Below are positions 1 through 13,871 of a stretch of 64,000 bases of DNA, in pieces (position 1 is the stretch's first letter; every line of letters begins with the position of its first letter). The notes under the pieces are model-generated. The model worked only from the letters and a program-made list of their open reading frames with translations. It was not told where the DNA came from and searched no databases. Position numbers and translations under genes: made by a program. The stretch is from Lingula anatina (lineage: Eukaryota; Animalia; Brachiopoda): contig CM120641.1 of NCBI GenBank assembly GCA_051362555.1, forward strand, positions 5,084,001-5,148,000, read 5' to 3'.

Positions 1-3000
1 ATTATAAGCTGACACAAAAAAAAAAACATCAGGTAGCTATGAGCTAAATGAAATAAGTTTGATGAGTGATAAAATTAAAATATATGGAAGAAATAATTTG
101 CACATCATTTTGAATGTGTGTGCTGGTTGATTTAATCACTAAACACCAGAGAAATATATGTGAAAGAATATTACATAACTGGTGGCAATCCTGCCCTACA
201 TGTCACCAGATATATGTTTATTTGTTAAAGGCATGACAGGCAATAAAATCCATAAGCTATAAGGGTGCATGTAGTTATACTTGGCAGTGTTGTACACTCA
301 CATAGCTCAATATAAATGAACATTTTGTTTACTCTGTCTGATCCTCTACTGTCACCGTGAGCAAAGGAATGTTGACATACTCTTTGACATGACACACACA
401 TGATTGCTTTCTCATTAGTACTGATAAAATTCTGCTTTGCATGCAGATGGTCTACTGTTATAAGTGGTTGTCAGCCATGTGCATTCTTGATTAACTTTCC
501 TTACTGTAAGTTACTGTTATGACACACATGGCACCCAATCATTTATATGTAGTTCCTGCTCCTTTGTGTAGAAGTGATAACTAAATTGTATGCAAATACA
601 TCCCAAATCTCTGGCATGATGCACAAATCTAAGTGTAAATCACTTAATGTGACGCAAGTTTTGTTAATAATAGGAGCAGCTAAGCATACATGTCATCTGT
701 CTGCTTTCTCAAGACAGTCTTTTTTGACCTTTTTTTCCTCACACACCAGAGAATTGAAAACAAGAGGAAATGGAAATGCTGCATTTTGAACAGCAGATGA
801 CACTCACAACAAAAGAAAATGTTTTTGAAAAAAAAGAAGGTATAATTTTCAATAAGTCTTTTTTATGCCTTTTCTTCTTTATGCTGCATTTAAAGTGAGA
901 TTGGTTATTTAAGAAATAAAGTCTGTTTACACTTGTCTCTGATGCTTGGTTTTTACCAAAAACATTCCCACTTGACATAGTGCCTGGATTTTATAATTTA
1001 CTTGGCATTATTCAAGTAAAACTCCCTGTAGACGGCCATAACAAAGAATGGTGTAGTATGGATTGATGTAATTGGTTTCTAGCAGAGTGTGTCTGTGTAA
1101 AACCAATACCATTTGCAGAGAAAATGGGAATAGATTTACCGTATGCCAACCACTTTATTTAGTACTATCAAGTCCTGCAAATGAAGTAAGTAGGATATGG
1201 GAATGATAATCAAGATTTACTCTGCTCTCAGTTGCTATGTGCAAATCTTTGTTATGTAATACATTGTTATTGATCAGGAAAATCAAATTTTAGATCATAT
1301 ACAGCTCCTAACTTCCACAATATGTCTACTAGGGACAAAAGGAAAAAAAATGAGCCTTCTGAGCCAGCTGCAGTGCTCTGTGTCCTTGTTAGTTATATGA
1401 CAGAATTAAATGCCAGGCTTTGATTTTAGACAGATGATAATCTAATTGAAAAAAAAACAAGTTTTTATTGAAGGTTTAATGACTTGTTAATAATCAGCGT
1501 TCTAAAAATTCACAAGGATTATAAAGTTTCGAGCATATATGTGTGCTTGAAGATATTTGATTGCAAAATTGGAAAGAATTTCGGTGGCATTTTTGTTCCT
1601 ATAAGTATGAGGCAATATCAGGTCTGGGATGTGCCATTTTTGGAAAACAATTGTTTTCTTGATTATGTGTGCATGCTCTACTGCCTGGTGCAAGTGTATT
1701 TTTTTAAGAATCCATCTGTTTCAAAATCATAGGAACCTCTTTTCCTGCCTCTGTTTAACTGACCCACACCAAGTGGCCTCTGCATCATCATTGGTATTTT
1801 CAGTGAATTGATTTTGAGACTGCTCTGGGAGTATTGGTTTCTAATTGTTTTTCACAGCAGATTGATGGCAGTCTTGAGATGAACGACAACTTGGGGCCCA
1901 AGCAGTTAGGAAGAGAAAGGCAAGGGAAATTACTTGAGGAGAAAATGAAATATAAAGTGGCTATTGTCATTCTCGCTTTCTCCTAAGATATCTTTGGCTG
2001 ATTGTGTTTGCCATTTGCTTGTCTGTTTCTACATAAAAGCCTTCATTCATACTTTTCAATATCAGTCAGACAATTCAAAGAACAGTTTGGCTAACTAGCC
2101 ACTAGACATAAAAAAAAACCCTGTGGGTATATTATATTTTTAAAAAATATTTCACACAAGCCTCATTCAGACTGTGTTTACATTTGCAGAACCATGTTCT
2201 GTGTATTTGTACATCATGCACAGCTGTACATATTGTGTGTGAGTCATTTTATTTCCTGCTATTGAGATTTCGCAGTGAAAAGGGGATCTGGGGGAGGGGG
2301 GGTTACCACTGGTCAGTTTCCACTTGTTTGGTGCAGTCACATGGGTCTATCTAGGCAAGCTGTAGCTTGTAGCATGATGTAACTCTGCCATACATATGTC
2401 CAAAGTGAATAAAACACTGCCCTGGTATGTTTAGGTGTGTCATTCGTGGTCTTTTCCCCCACCACCTGTAATAGCCTTATAATGAGACCACTAATGGCAA
2501 GTATTTTGAGAAAGTGGCAAAGTAAATTGGATTCTCCATTTCTTCTTTGGTCACACTTATGATGCAACCACTCTTGATAATACATAATGAGGAAATATAT
2601 GAAGTACTTTTGTTTCCAATATTTTTGCGTTTTTTTATGTGAACTGAAAAGAAAATTACATCTATGATATAATTTTGAGATATGGTGAGAGACTGGTCAA
2701 TTTAACAAATGGTTCTCTCAGGTGCATATCTTAATAGGTATTGTTGTACTTGGACATTTGCAACTGTGATAGCCTCCTTAAAGAACTGTCCAGGGTATGA
2801 AAGCAATGAATTATGGAGAGAAAATATATTTCCTGTTTGTTGTGATAGGTTATGGTATTTTAGAGACTTAATATCTATGTCCATGTATGTGCTGTGAAAG
2901 AAAATAATAGAAATCTTGATTTATAAAATGAATCTTTTTTTTTTTTTAGTTGCCTAACCCTGTGAGTTCTGCAAATAATGTAACCATCATCATAATAAGA

Positions 3001-3021
3001 CTTGTATATTCCTTTTTTCAG

Positions 3022-6000
3022 AAACCCCTGATGCGAAAGCACTGTGCACATGGCCTAGGAAGGGCAAGGATTGTCAAAATACGGGTAAGATAATCACTGC
3101 TCTTACTGTGTTATAATTGACAGACTGACAGAAGCTTCTCTAAGGTACAAAGAATATGGAAGATGTTGAAACCCTAGAGCATTCACTTCAAACTCATTTC
3201 TTAATAATATTCTTGAAGGCTGGCATGATTATTGACTGAGAAAGCTCTTCTGGGTTTGCCCATTACATGCATGGGCACAGCAACTCAAAGGGGTCGCTAT
3301 TTGGTTCGAGCCTCATATCCGAAACATCACGTTGGGCTCGTGGCAATCTGTGCTGTAATCATAACGGCACAGCAGCACTTATTGAAACCTTTTAAATAGA
3401 AATGACAAGACGTCTCCCGTTATCTTTTGTTGGATATGCATGCCCTGTGCTCCAGAACACACACATCATACAGAAGGACTGCTTAGAAATTATTCTCTAC
3501 CTGTGATGGGGACATTAGATATGCATTTTTATCCTGATAGGACCAATAATTTTCGCTTTAGTCATTCTTCACATTTCCACAGGCTTAAGTTTGCACAATC
3601 CCCAACAGCCATTAAAAGTGAATTGCTTGTTAAGGGAGCTGTAGATCGCCATTTATAAAGCGAGGCAAAGCTCCTTCCTCCTGTGATAATTTAACTCTAA
3701 GCTTTACTCTGTTTTTATTCTCTTCTTCTGGGGATTTAGAAAATGTTTTCAAATTCCATGGCTTTGTTGTACCTTTGGCAATTGTTAAAGCAGTGAGTGT
3801 TTTCAGGAGATGGTTAAGGGTTTGTTATTATGGCTCATAAGATCCCTTAATGCCTATGGGCTACCAAGACCTGCTTAACTTTTAAAGGAAAAGGAAGTAC
3901 TATTTTGTACTAAAGTTATGCTATAGTTTTGTGATTGATCCTCAAAGAAACGGGTGAACTTCTATCCCGAAGGTTCGATATTTTGAAGGTCCGGAGTTCC
4001 AAAGGTTTGCTATTCCAAAGGTACAGATAGAATGTAAAGATAGTACAAAGATAACAAAATTTCGCAGGAGTGAACACTGACCTCCGTGGACATGTACAGA
4101 AAACAAAATGGCTTCTTTGACATGGAGGTCATGCTCACCCCAGTTACGCAACTAATTCAATTCCTGAAGCAAACCTATCGAACCTTTGGAATAAAAAACT
4201 TTTTTTTTCTTCAGAATAGCGGTCAATTTTAGATCAAGGCTCCTTAAGTTTTCTGAATAGTGAACCTTCAGAACATTGAGTTGATCCCATAGAAATTATG
4301 ACTCCAAGCTGCTATATTGAAAATATTTTTACTGCATAACTTGGTGGAGATAGATGGCAATCAATTTCTGTCATAGTACTAACAAAAAAAATTTAAACTT
4401 GATTCAGAAAGCAACTTTACATGCAGTGTTTTCAACAAATGGAAAATGCAAAATACATGATGGGCATTAACGAAAAGGCATTGAAAATGTTGTCAGAATG
4501 TGTTTTAATGGAATTTTTTGTGTTCGGAAGCTTTGAAGGTGTGATCAGTTTTGAATCAATAAGCATTTGAACATGTGGAACTCAACAAGCTTAGTCATAA
4601 GTAAAGGAAACACACAAGTATTTGAAAAAAAAAAAAAGCATTGATGATACTTAAAGCCCCCTTTACACTAGATGACATCCTTTCCACATCCCATAGTACG
4701 GCCCTGGCCCCGTTTGAGAGTAAAATAAATAATAATTCTTAATATGCTGACAACTGGCCAATCGTGAAGCATTCATTCTGCAACCAAAGCGATGCTTGTA
4801 CCTCCTTTCTACCAACACAGCGGTGCCAGTATCATGGTCGCACAAAGGACGCAAAAAGGTGGTTTAAGTTAATCATGGTCCACTTGTAAACAGTTGTCAT
4901 ATGTTTTATACCTTCAATACATGATATGGCTAGGATATAATAAAAGCAATTATGCATGCATGAAGGAACAGCAAAATAGTGTCCATGTTATACTAAACAA
5001 GGGAAGGTGGAAGCTAAAGCTGGTTAATGGTTTTGAAGGAAATGGCTTCAGCTTACCTGTGCCGTTGAGTCTAAGTCCTGCTGAGGTTTTGTGCCATAAC
5101 TCATATGTTATGTAAAAGAAAATGTGAAGAGGGCCTATTATCCTACCATTCTTGTAGAAATGTTCTGAAAATGATTTGATGCACACAAAAAGAATTGTGC
5201 ATTTTATGAATTCCTTTTCACCTCTGATGTAAAGATTGATAAAATAGATTTCATAAAGATAGAGAATAGATTATAGCAAAAACTTTTATTTTTTGCTTAT
5301 AGCTTGGGACTAAATATACATATCCATAATCCTTGTATAGCATTATTGGTTATTGCTTTTGATACTTACTGAATTATTTTAATCACAGATTCACTAGTCC
5401 TTGTTTTAATGAAGAAACAAATGAGTGTTTACCCTAAGGACATGTAAACGAAAAATAGGGATTGAAGTAATGCTTTGGGACCTTTTCTATGAAAAACCAG
5501 TTGAGTGGTGATTCCACCCAGAAGTTAGTTAGAATTTGAGTGGTTCTTTAGCTATCCCTTTGGACTCCAATGTTTGTTCTCAGGTGATTGAATGTCATAC
5601 CAGTAATGCATTTCTAAAGAGGATGTTGCATGTATTTGATCAATGCTGTTTTTTGAAGTGCAACTGGACATGGCAGTATAATTTAACATGCCTTGTTTTA
5701 CCTGCTTTCCACACGCAGGGTTTGACAAATCTACGATCTGGTTGCCTATAGGGAGCAAGACAGACGGGGAAATTGATGCTGAAATTGCATGCATCTACCT
5801 TGGAACTTCCTGATTTCTGAATTGAATGACAGGTTGACTGATCTAAATGTTTTGTTTAATAGGATTGGGTGTGCCCATGTTTTTTTCTACATTTCATGAG
5901 ATCTATGCATTCAATCACTTCCTCAAAATTTTACCAACACGGCACCTGTTTGCAGCTAGGATCCTAGTTTGCAGGGACTGAAAATTTCAATCTTGTATAT

Positions 6001-9000
6001 TCAAATTTGTCGTAAAATGTCTGTATGTAATCTATTACAAAAGTTAAGAATGTTGAAGAAAAAAGGATTTTGTTTTTAATAGTATAGCTTTCCTTTTTAT
6101 TTTCCTTTAAAAGTTGTGTTCTCTTTCAACATTAACCTGAACTAATTCACTTCACTGGTAATGTTGAATGGAATCATTTGTCATCCTTCCAGAAAATAAT
6201 TTTGTGAATCTATTTGGTAAAGTGTATTCTTGGAACATTGTATTCCAAGCTATTTGACCTTTGTTAAGATCGGGAAGGGAGTGTTTGAAACTCACTTGAC
6301 ATTTCCCCAGAAAATAAAAGAAATTGGCTCAGAAATTGTTTTCAGGAACTAAAGAAGATTTAACCTAAACCCAAGCTATTAGCAATTTTCTTCCAGTATA
6401 AACACCTTTCGGTGATGAGTGGCTTGCCTTAGTGAAATAAAGTAAGTGCCATTCACATTAAGGAATGAATTTAGTGGTAAAAGTGATAAAATGTAAATGC
6501 CAATTGACTAGAAGGCAGCAATATTGTTAAGCTATCAGTTTTGTTTGGTTACCATACCATTTCATTGGCCAAGATTTTATTCATCTTAGGGTTAAGAAAC
6601 ACTTTTCCAAGCAAGAGACCTCCTGATCTGAAGTTTACGTATGAAATTAGTTATCTCGAATTGCCAAAACTATTTTTTCTCATTTCTTAATTATCCCTTC
6701 CATGCTTAGCTTTCAGGCAATTTCATTGTAAATGGTTATACATGTATATTTAAATTAATACATCTGTATATCTTGTGAGCCATAAGGCCTTGCCTGGGAA
6801 GTCATGCAAGCTGAGCATGCTCAAGTACGCTTCAGATAAGGTGACTAATGAGAAGCCCTGGGTCTGTGTGGATGTTAGTACTTATACCCCAAGCAAAGGC
6901 CAAGAATACAAAATGAAAAGTCCTTGGAGCGATATTTAATTGACTTGGAAATGGCGCAAAGTTTAATCAGCACTTGGTCAGCATGAAGTGGGACCAGGGG
7001 TGTTAGCAAGTGAAAGTGGCTGCCTGCCGAGTGTTAGGAGCTAGTCTGCCATCAAATCAGTAATGAAGTTTGTCAAGCTCAGGGCTAGTAAAGTGGCCGC
7101 AGTATTTGTTCAAGGGGAGAAGGTCCTCATTTATTTTCCCCAGAACAAATGCTTGGCTTGGCACAACATTTTTGTTGGCACATTGGGGCAGTGAGCCATC
7201 TTTTTTACCCAAAAACCTTCTAAGAACCAGAAGGTCAGTCTATATTTCTGTGCTCTAATTGAAAACTCTAGAAAAGAGACGAAAAAAATCTGAAACAACT
7301 TTCCTTCCTGTTTTGTTTGGTTTTGAACACACTTCAGTCTTGATGTTGCCAGCTGTTTTATGAGCCTCTCGAATCTGGTTAATGTGTTTTTTATCAACTT
7401 GGCATGTGCTTTGTCAGTTTTAATATACAGTATTGTTTTAACTGCACATTAAGCCACACTTTTTGCCAAATAAGGAGAGGTTGGGCACAAGTCACATTTC
7501 CTGGACACCTTATACTTGTTTTTCAACATTAGACAGCAAAATTAACTTAATACAACTTGTAGAAGATGCACATTGTCTAAATGCATTTACTTGAAAGTTG
7601 CCATTTGAATTCTATCTGAATGTTTACACTGTGACAAAGAAAATTAATAGCACATTAAGAAAATAACAATTTGTTACTTGCATCCTAAGATTAAGCATGC
7701 TGGCCAACACTTCCTGATTTATACTTTCTAATTATTTAAAAGACTTCTGATATTTACATCATTATTGAGGGTGTGCTTGTGTAAGCAGCAGTGTCACAAA
7801 GAACAAGTTAGCAATTTTGCCTGCTACTTGTCCTGGCATCATGATTGGCATACAGAACAACTTCTTTGGGGCTACCTGCAGGAGATTTTCCTATTTCAAT
7901 GCTGTAATGGTGCCTAGTTGGTGCAACTGTGAGTCTCTGAGGCCTGGGAACCCATAAGTAACAGGGAACGAGCAGGCTCGCTCTGCATTGATAAGTGGGG
8001 ATTTCGTGTATTCATCTCTCCCGGCATAAATATTATCAAGACACGGTATCCCTCAGAGGGATAGAGAGGAGGAAATTATGTCCATGCTCATCACTCAACC
8101 TAAAGGTTAAGATTAAAATAATTATTGTCTGCTGTTAGCAAAGTCGGGCACCATGTCTTTTTTGGCCATAATTTGGGGTCCTGTGTGTGGAGAGCTCAGT
8201 GATCCGCATCAGCTGTAGGCAGGTGGCTACAATGGACTATGACAGATTATGTCTTCTTTGTGTGACTCGACCTAAAACTATATGCCCTAAGTTATGTAGC
8301 GTGAGGTGACCTGAACTCTTGTTCTTTGTTTGTGTTGGTCTTTTGACATCAATTTGTTGTTTGGATATGACCACATCTCTGATAACCTTCAGGGATGTGT
8401 TGAAGGAAATATGACACTTAATCGGACACAGTTGAACCCAGTATAATGGAAGTTTGCCCAAAAAGTCCCATTGTGTGTAGATTTCACTTTTATGTCATTT
8501 TTATTATACTGATTTAGCCTGAAGATTTTTACAGGTTCACTACAAGCCTGGATTCATTCAGTAATTGGAATATTATGAAAAACGTAAAAGGAAATGTCCA
8601 GCATTTCTTTTATCCTATATTTATAACTTCCCTGTGATGGGATTCTTATCGGCATCTTTAATTTTGTTATTTAGCATATCCCATTAAGCATGCATGGCAG
8701 AATTTGATTATATCAAAAGCTTGATTTGCTGAAGCTCCCTGTGAACTTCTTCATTTCTTTAAGGATGTTTTGCTCATGTATTGTATCACCAACTATATAT
8801 GACACTGTTTTGAACATTCATTTTTATTTTGTATGAACACTGTTTATTTGTGTAATGTTTATTAGTTTATTAGCCAAAAATAAAATCATATTCAGTAGCT
8901 GCTGGATAGATAAGTTGGTTATGCTGAAAATTGATGTTTTTTTATTTGAAGCATTGTATAAAGCTATACGAGAGAACTGATGTAGTTGAGAAAATGTGTT

Positions 9001-12000
9001 CTTTACATTAGAATACAGATATTTGATGTTGAAGTGTTTGTATGGGGAATTTCTGCTTGCTTTCTAGGTAGATAGCCATATAAGTAACTTTGAACTTCTT
9101 CAGATGATTTCCCCCTATATTATGATTGCACCTTTTGAATGTGGTACCAAAAGTTGAATGTGGTTTAGGATAGTTGTTTTCATGAGTTAGTTCAGAGCCA
9201 GGATATAAGCTTGTTGAAATTCCTGCAAAGCCTGTTTTTCTAGTTTTATTTATTAAAGGAAATGAAATAGAGGCAAGTGTTTTTAAGGCTGCAGCAGGAT
9301 ACACATCATCATGGTGTTGTGTTTGATAAAATGCACTCTCTACTGGCAGAAATATCAGTATCACAAATTATGATAGCCACGAGTTACTGCACACATTATT
9401 CTGATGTTTGTGCACCCACATCTTCGCTGGCACTGCAATGAAGCTTACCATTACTAATCTCACTTAATTTCTACAGATTACAAGAACAAGATTTGATTTA
9501 GAGCCATTGAAGAGTAATAAGGAGATATCCTGGATGAGCTTATTTTGATACAACAGTGTTAAATCTTCTGGAACGCTATCTGTTTTCTTAAATCCCTAGC
9601 CATTATCTTGCAGTCATTTAGTGCAGCACACTCATCAAAAATGTAGAAATACTGATTGCGTTGTACTATGGATGTCTGTTACATAGGATGGATTGGTGGA
9701 AAATGATGCTACTGCACCTGCTTACACTTAAATAATGCTCAGTGAAGTATTGGATTCTCCTCGTTGAGTTATGGTTTGTATTATCGTTAATATCAGCTCC
9801 AAGTAATGATGATACAAAATGTATTTTGTAGTACAAAATATGCACAGACATTTGCACAAACGTGATATTGAGGAGACTAAGATTAGCATGTCTTAGCAAT
9901 ACAGTACGGGCTAATTGAGAAAGAAGATTTGCATATGCTGGTTGCACTTTATTAAAGTGAAGCTTAGATCAATGCAAAAAAAATAATAATAAAAAAAAAC
10001 AGAAGATTGAAATACCATCTCCACCATCATTTTCTAAGGTGTTGCATGCAATAAGGTGCAACAGAACACTTGGTGGTAGAAATTACTAGCAGGTGCTGTG
10101 TGACCTATTATTATAGCCCTAGGTAGGACTTCCCCTTTCCCCATGCTAATCATGAAAACTTGGCATCACAACTTGGCAAAGGATTGTACAATTTAACCTT
10201 ACCTATGCCTGATGTTGATTGTTACTTGGAAAAGAATAGCTGTAGGTAGACAACTTTATTTGATGCATATTATATTTTTTTTCTGTCAAGTGTTATCCTT
10301 ATTTTTTAGAAAAAAAAAGTATTGAAGATATCAACAGGTACAAACGTTATACTGAATCTTTTAAGGCCTTTTTGTTCTCAATATTTAATAATCTATTCTT
10401 AGCTATGTGCGCAAAAAATAAGTAATAAAGCTAAAAATATGGATATTGAGGTAGAAATAGATGCAGTATTAGACAGAACCCTCCCTTCGTTATGGTGAGT
10501 GATATATGGTTCTGATAATGGGTGTAAAATAGGCACAGCCAAAATTGCTTTCACAAGGACCCACTGTTTTCATACAGGCGTTTTGCCATCTAAAACACTG
10601 TCCAGTCACACTGGGGAATACCAATTCCACATTTACACTCCAGCTATTTATCCATCATACTCAATTAATTTTAAACTATGATACATACAAAACCGAAACT
10701 CAAATAACTTCAGTGAGGCAAAATCTTTTTATGACTCTCAACAAATGTGTTTTGATGAATATTGGAAATGTATCTAGGTATCAAAGAATGTTTTCTTTTT
10801 AAGGGATAACATAGAAGTGTGTGATCTAAAAGAAAGGTCTGAAGTAATGGTCAATAATGGCAGGATTCCTACTTGATGTATCCTGTCAGTTCAAACAGAA
10901 GTTAACTGATAAATGCTTCCTGTGATATAAGCTACCATTGTCTAAAAATGACTTGCAGCTTTTGTCAAGACCTTCAATGTTGTAAAGTTTAAAGACATGT
11001 TGGCAAATGTATCTATTATATATTAGGTATATGCATACGTGCATGTAGATACATAAGTGGAAGATTTGATCAGCCTGATTATTTGATGTTTGCCAGGTAT
11101 TTTCATTTTGAAAACCTTTGCATTTCTGGTCATTGTACAGTAGTGGTAGATTTTTTGATTACTGTGTGTATTCATTTTGGAATAGTGAGCAGAACAAACG
11201 CAGAGAAATAATTTCTATTTGAAGCAAGAAAAATGTATATATGACAGTGTGCGAGCAAAAGTATCAAGCTCCATCACTTATTCTCAAAGCATAATATACA
11301 AATATACAAATGTTGTTTGCTGTATTTTCTGAAAATAATAGCCTTGATGTTGTCTTTACAATTCCATGATGGTCAGTACTGATTTCCGACATCAGTTTTC
11401 ACTCACTCATATCCTAATTCTCCATATATGTACTTTCCTGCACTAACATGCACTCATTTAACATCCAGTGTTTTGGGATTTTACTATTATGGTGCATAAG
11501 GTACTACCCAAGATAGCTGAAACTGTCATAAAATCAAACAAAAATTTTTCAGGATTTGGTAGGGAGTGGGACCAAAATTATGACAGTCCAGATTTTTATT
11601 AGTGGAAAAGGCTGGATATGATGGAATTTCTTTAATAATGGCATGTAAATGTGGTCGGCTCTTCAAAAATAACACAATTCAGGGCTGAGATATGCAACTA
11701 AGCATAAAATAAAATCAAGTGATATGCTGCAAGATATGGAGAGGAGTCAGGTCTATATAATGAATGATATTCCACAGATCTGCTATAAAAAAAAAATGTA
11801 GAAAATTGCTCTAAAACTAGCTGCTGTGATGAAGGTCTGCTATCCCAAATGGACAGGGTTCTGTATTCTGAAGGGTTTGCTATGATGAAGATTTGGTATT
11901 TCAAAGTATATTGGTGCAATAGTTGCATAATGGGGACCAGCTTTGTTATAATTATGCTTGAAGCGCAATGTTAATATCTGCTGCACATTGCATTTCGCAA

Positions 12001-13825
12001 AAATGCTTCGACTTTTATGACATAAGTACTCACTTGCGATATGTTTACTATAGTTTGTTTGCCATCTTTGTGCTCTGTCTGTACTTTACATGTATTTCGG
12101 CAGAGTGAACCTTCCTCATAGCTAACTTTCGGCATACCAAACCTTCGTCATACAGAAGTGCACCTTTGGGGGGAAAGTGGAATCAGATATAATGGCAAAC
12201 TAGTGAGTGCAGTGTGAAAATGAAATGAAAAGCTGATAAAATCTATCCACAGATCTTAAGTTGTGTTGAATTACAGTTTATTGCACAAGGGCTATATATA
12301 TACAACAAAATTATTTCACCATGTTAAGTTTTGCATGTCACTTTTTTCATTCCTTATTAAAATGACATTCCTGGTGCATAGAAGTTCACCCTTATTGCTG
12401 ACACCACCTCACGTGGATTCTAGCATGTTTTTGTAGTCTTGTATATCGTCATGCAGAGCAGACTACTTCATTCTACCGTAGGCTATCTCCAATGATTTTC
12501 ATAAAAAGGTTACTTTTGAAAAAATGATCAGACACGGAGGTTTATGGTTCCACCCTAATTTCTTTGTGGTTCAGGTCAGAAGGCAGACATGGAACAACCA
12601 ACAGCCTGTGTTTTCTCAGGAACTATTGTAGTATATCAGTTGCCTGCCTTACCAGAAACCCAAATATTTATGATGGGTAGAACTCCATGAATAACCGCAG
12701 CCTCACAGTGGTTGCCATTTCCCTTAGCAGTGCACATATGATGAGGCACAAGGCCTGAAAGTCTCCAAAAATATTGATTTAATGGACAGAGTTTCTGCCC
12801 AGCATGTGTTTTATGATATTGTCTGGGGTCTGTGGACAGTTATTTAAGTGAATAGTGAATTCATGCCTTTCTCTCCTGCTGCTTGGGCAGGTATAGTGTC
12901 ATATTTTAGTCCGATGTCAAGAAATGAATAGATTTAGATTTTTTCCTACTTTCTCATAGTCCACATGCTGATCTTTTTAAGTGGGAAAGTTGGGTATTTT
13001 ATGAAATGGATGCAAACATGGAAATGAATCCATTATTGAATGGGTAAAAATCTGCTATATGATATATAGTGATCAATAGGTACTTATTACTGCATGTATG
13101 AAATCATTCTTAATATATGGATGCTTTGTTAAAAGGAGGTAGATTTCAAATATCAGTGGAACACACAAAGATATTAATGGCAACAATGTTAGATCAGGGT
13201 GGAGCTGTTCACCAAATGGTTTGCTCCTAAAGTAATGCATGGGTTATTGAGAAAATTGCCATTTTCTGACTCCATTGGTCTTTTTTTCACATGCAAGGGT
13301 TTATACACCTGCCATGCTCTTTCACATTGTGCTGACTGTGCAAAGTCTGAAGGCAACTACAGCAGAAATAATCTGTGGAGTGATGCAATCCACTGGGTGT
13401 TTTTCTCTTTTACAAAAATAATTGCCACCAGTATCCCATCTATCCCGCTGTTTGGATAGTGCATTGTATTGTGGCAGCTGGCACAAGTGACTTCAGCAGA
13501 CATAGAAGCTTTGTGTAACAATTGTAGCAGGTAGAAAAACAAACAACATAATGGATAATGGATCAGATCAATAAGCCACTACAGATACTGCAACACACAG
13601 AACTGCAATGGACTGTATTCTATTAATGTCCAATTTTCTGTACAGTTTTGAAAGAATCTTCACACTGTGCATTTTTTTCAGAGCAATGAAGCATGGCACT
13701 CTACTTGCCTAGAGATACTTTGTTCTGTAGTAATTGGTGTTTTGCTTACATTGTTATGCAGCTTTATTTGGTTTACAGACAATAACATGAAATTTAAAAA
13801 AAAAGTTACCAGGAGAAATATTGAT

Positions 13826-13871
<46 letters not shown>

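Noticed and set aside
3022-3084. Assigning the upstream gene as CPEB1/orb (KPLMR) or Hairy/E(spl) (KPLM..RARI)
   Set aside because: Only 4-5 residue matches with wrong spacing or context, and the reading frame itself is uncertain.
12735-12770. Hammerhead-like core (tgatgaggcacaaggcctgaaa)
   Set aside because: Lacks the C of CUGAUGA, has an extra base before GAAA, and no convincing stems I/III. The near-match at ~18391 also lacks GAAA.
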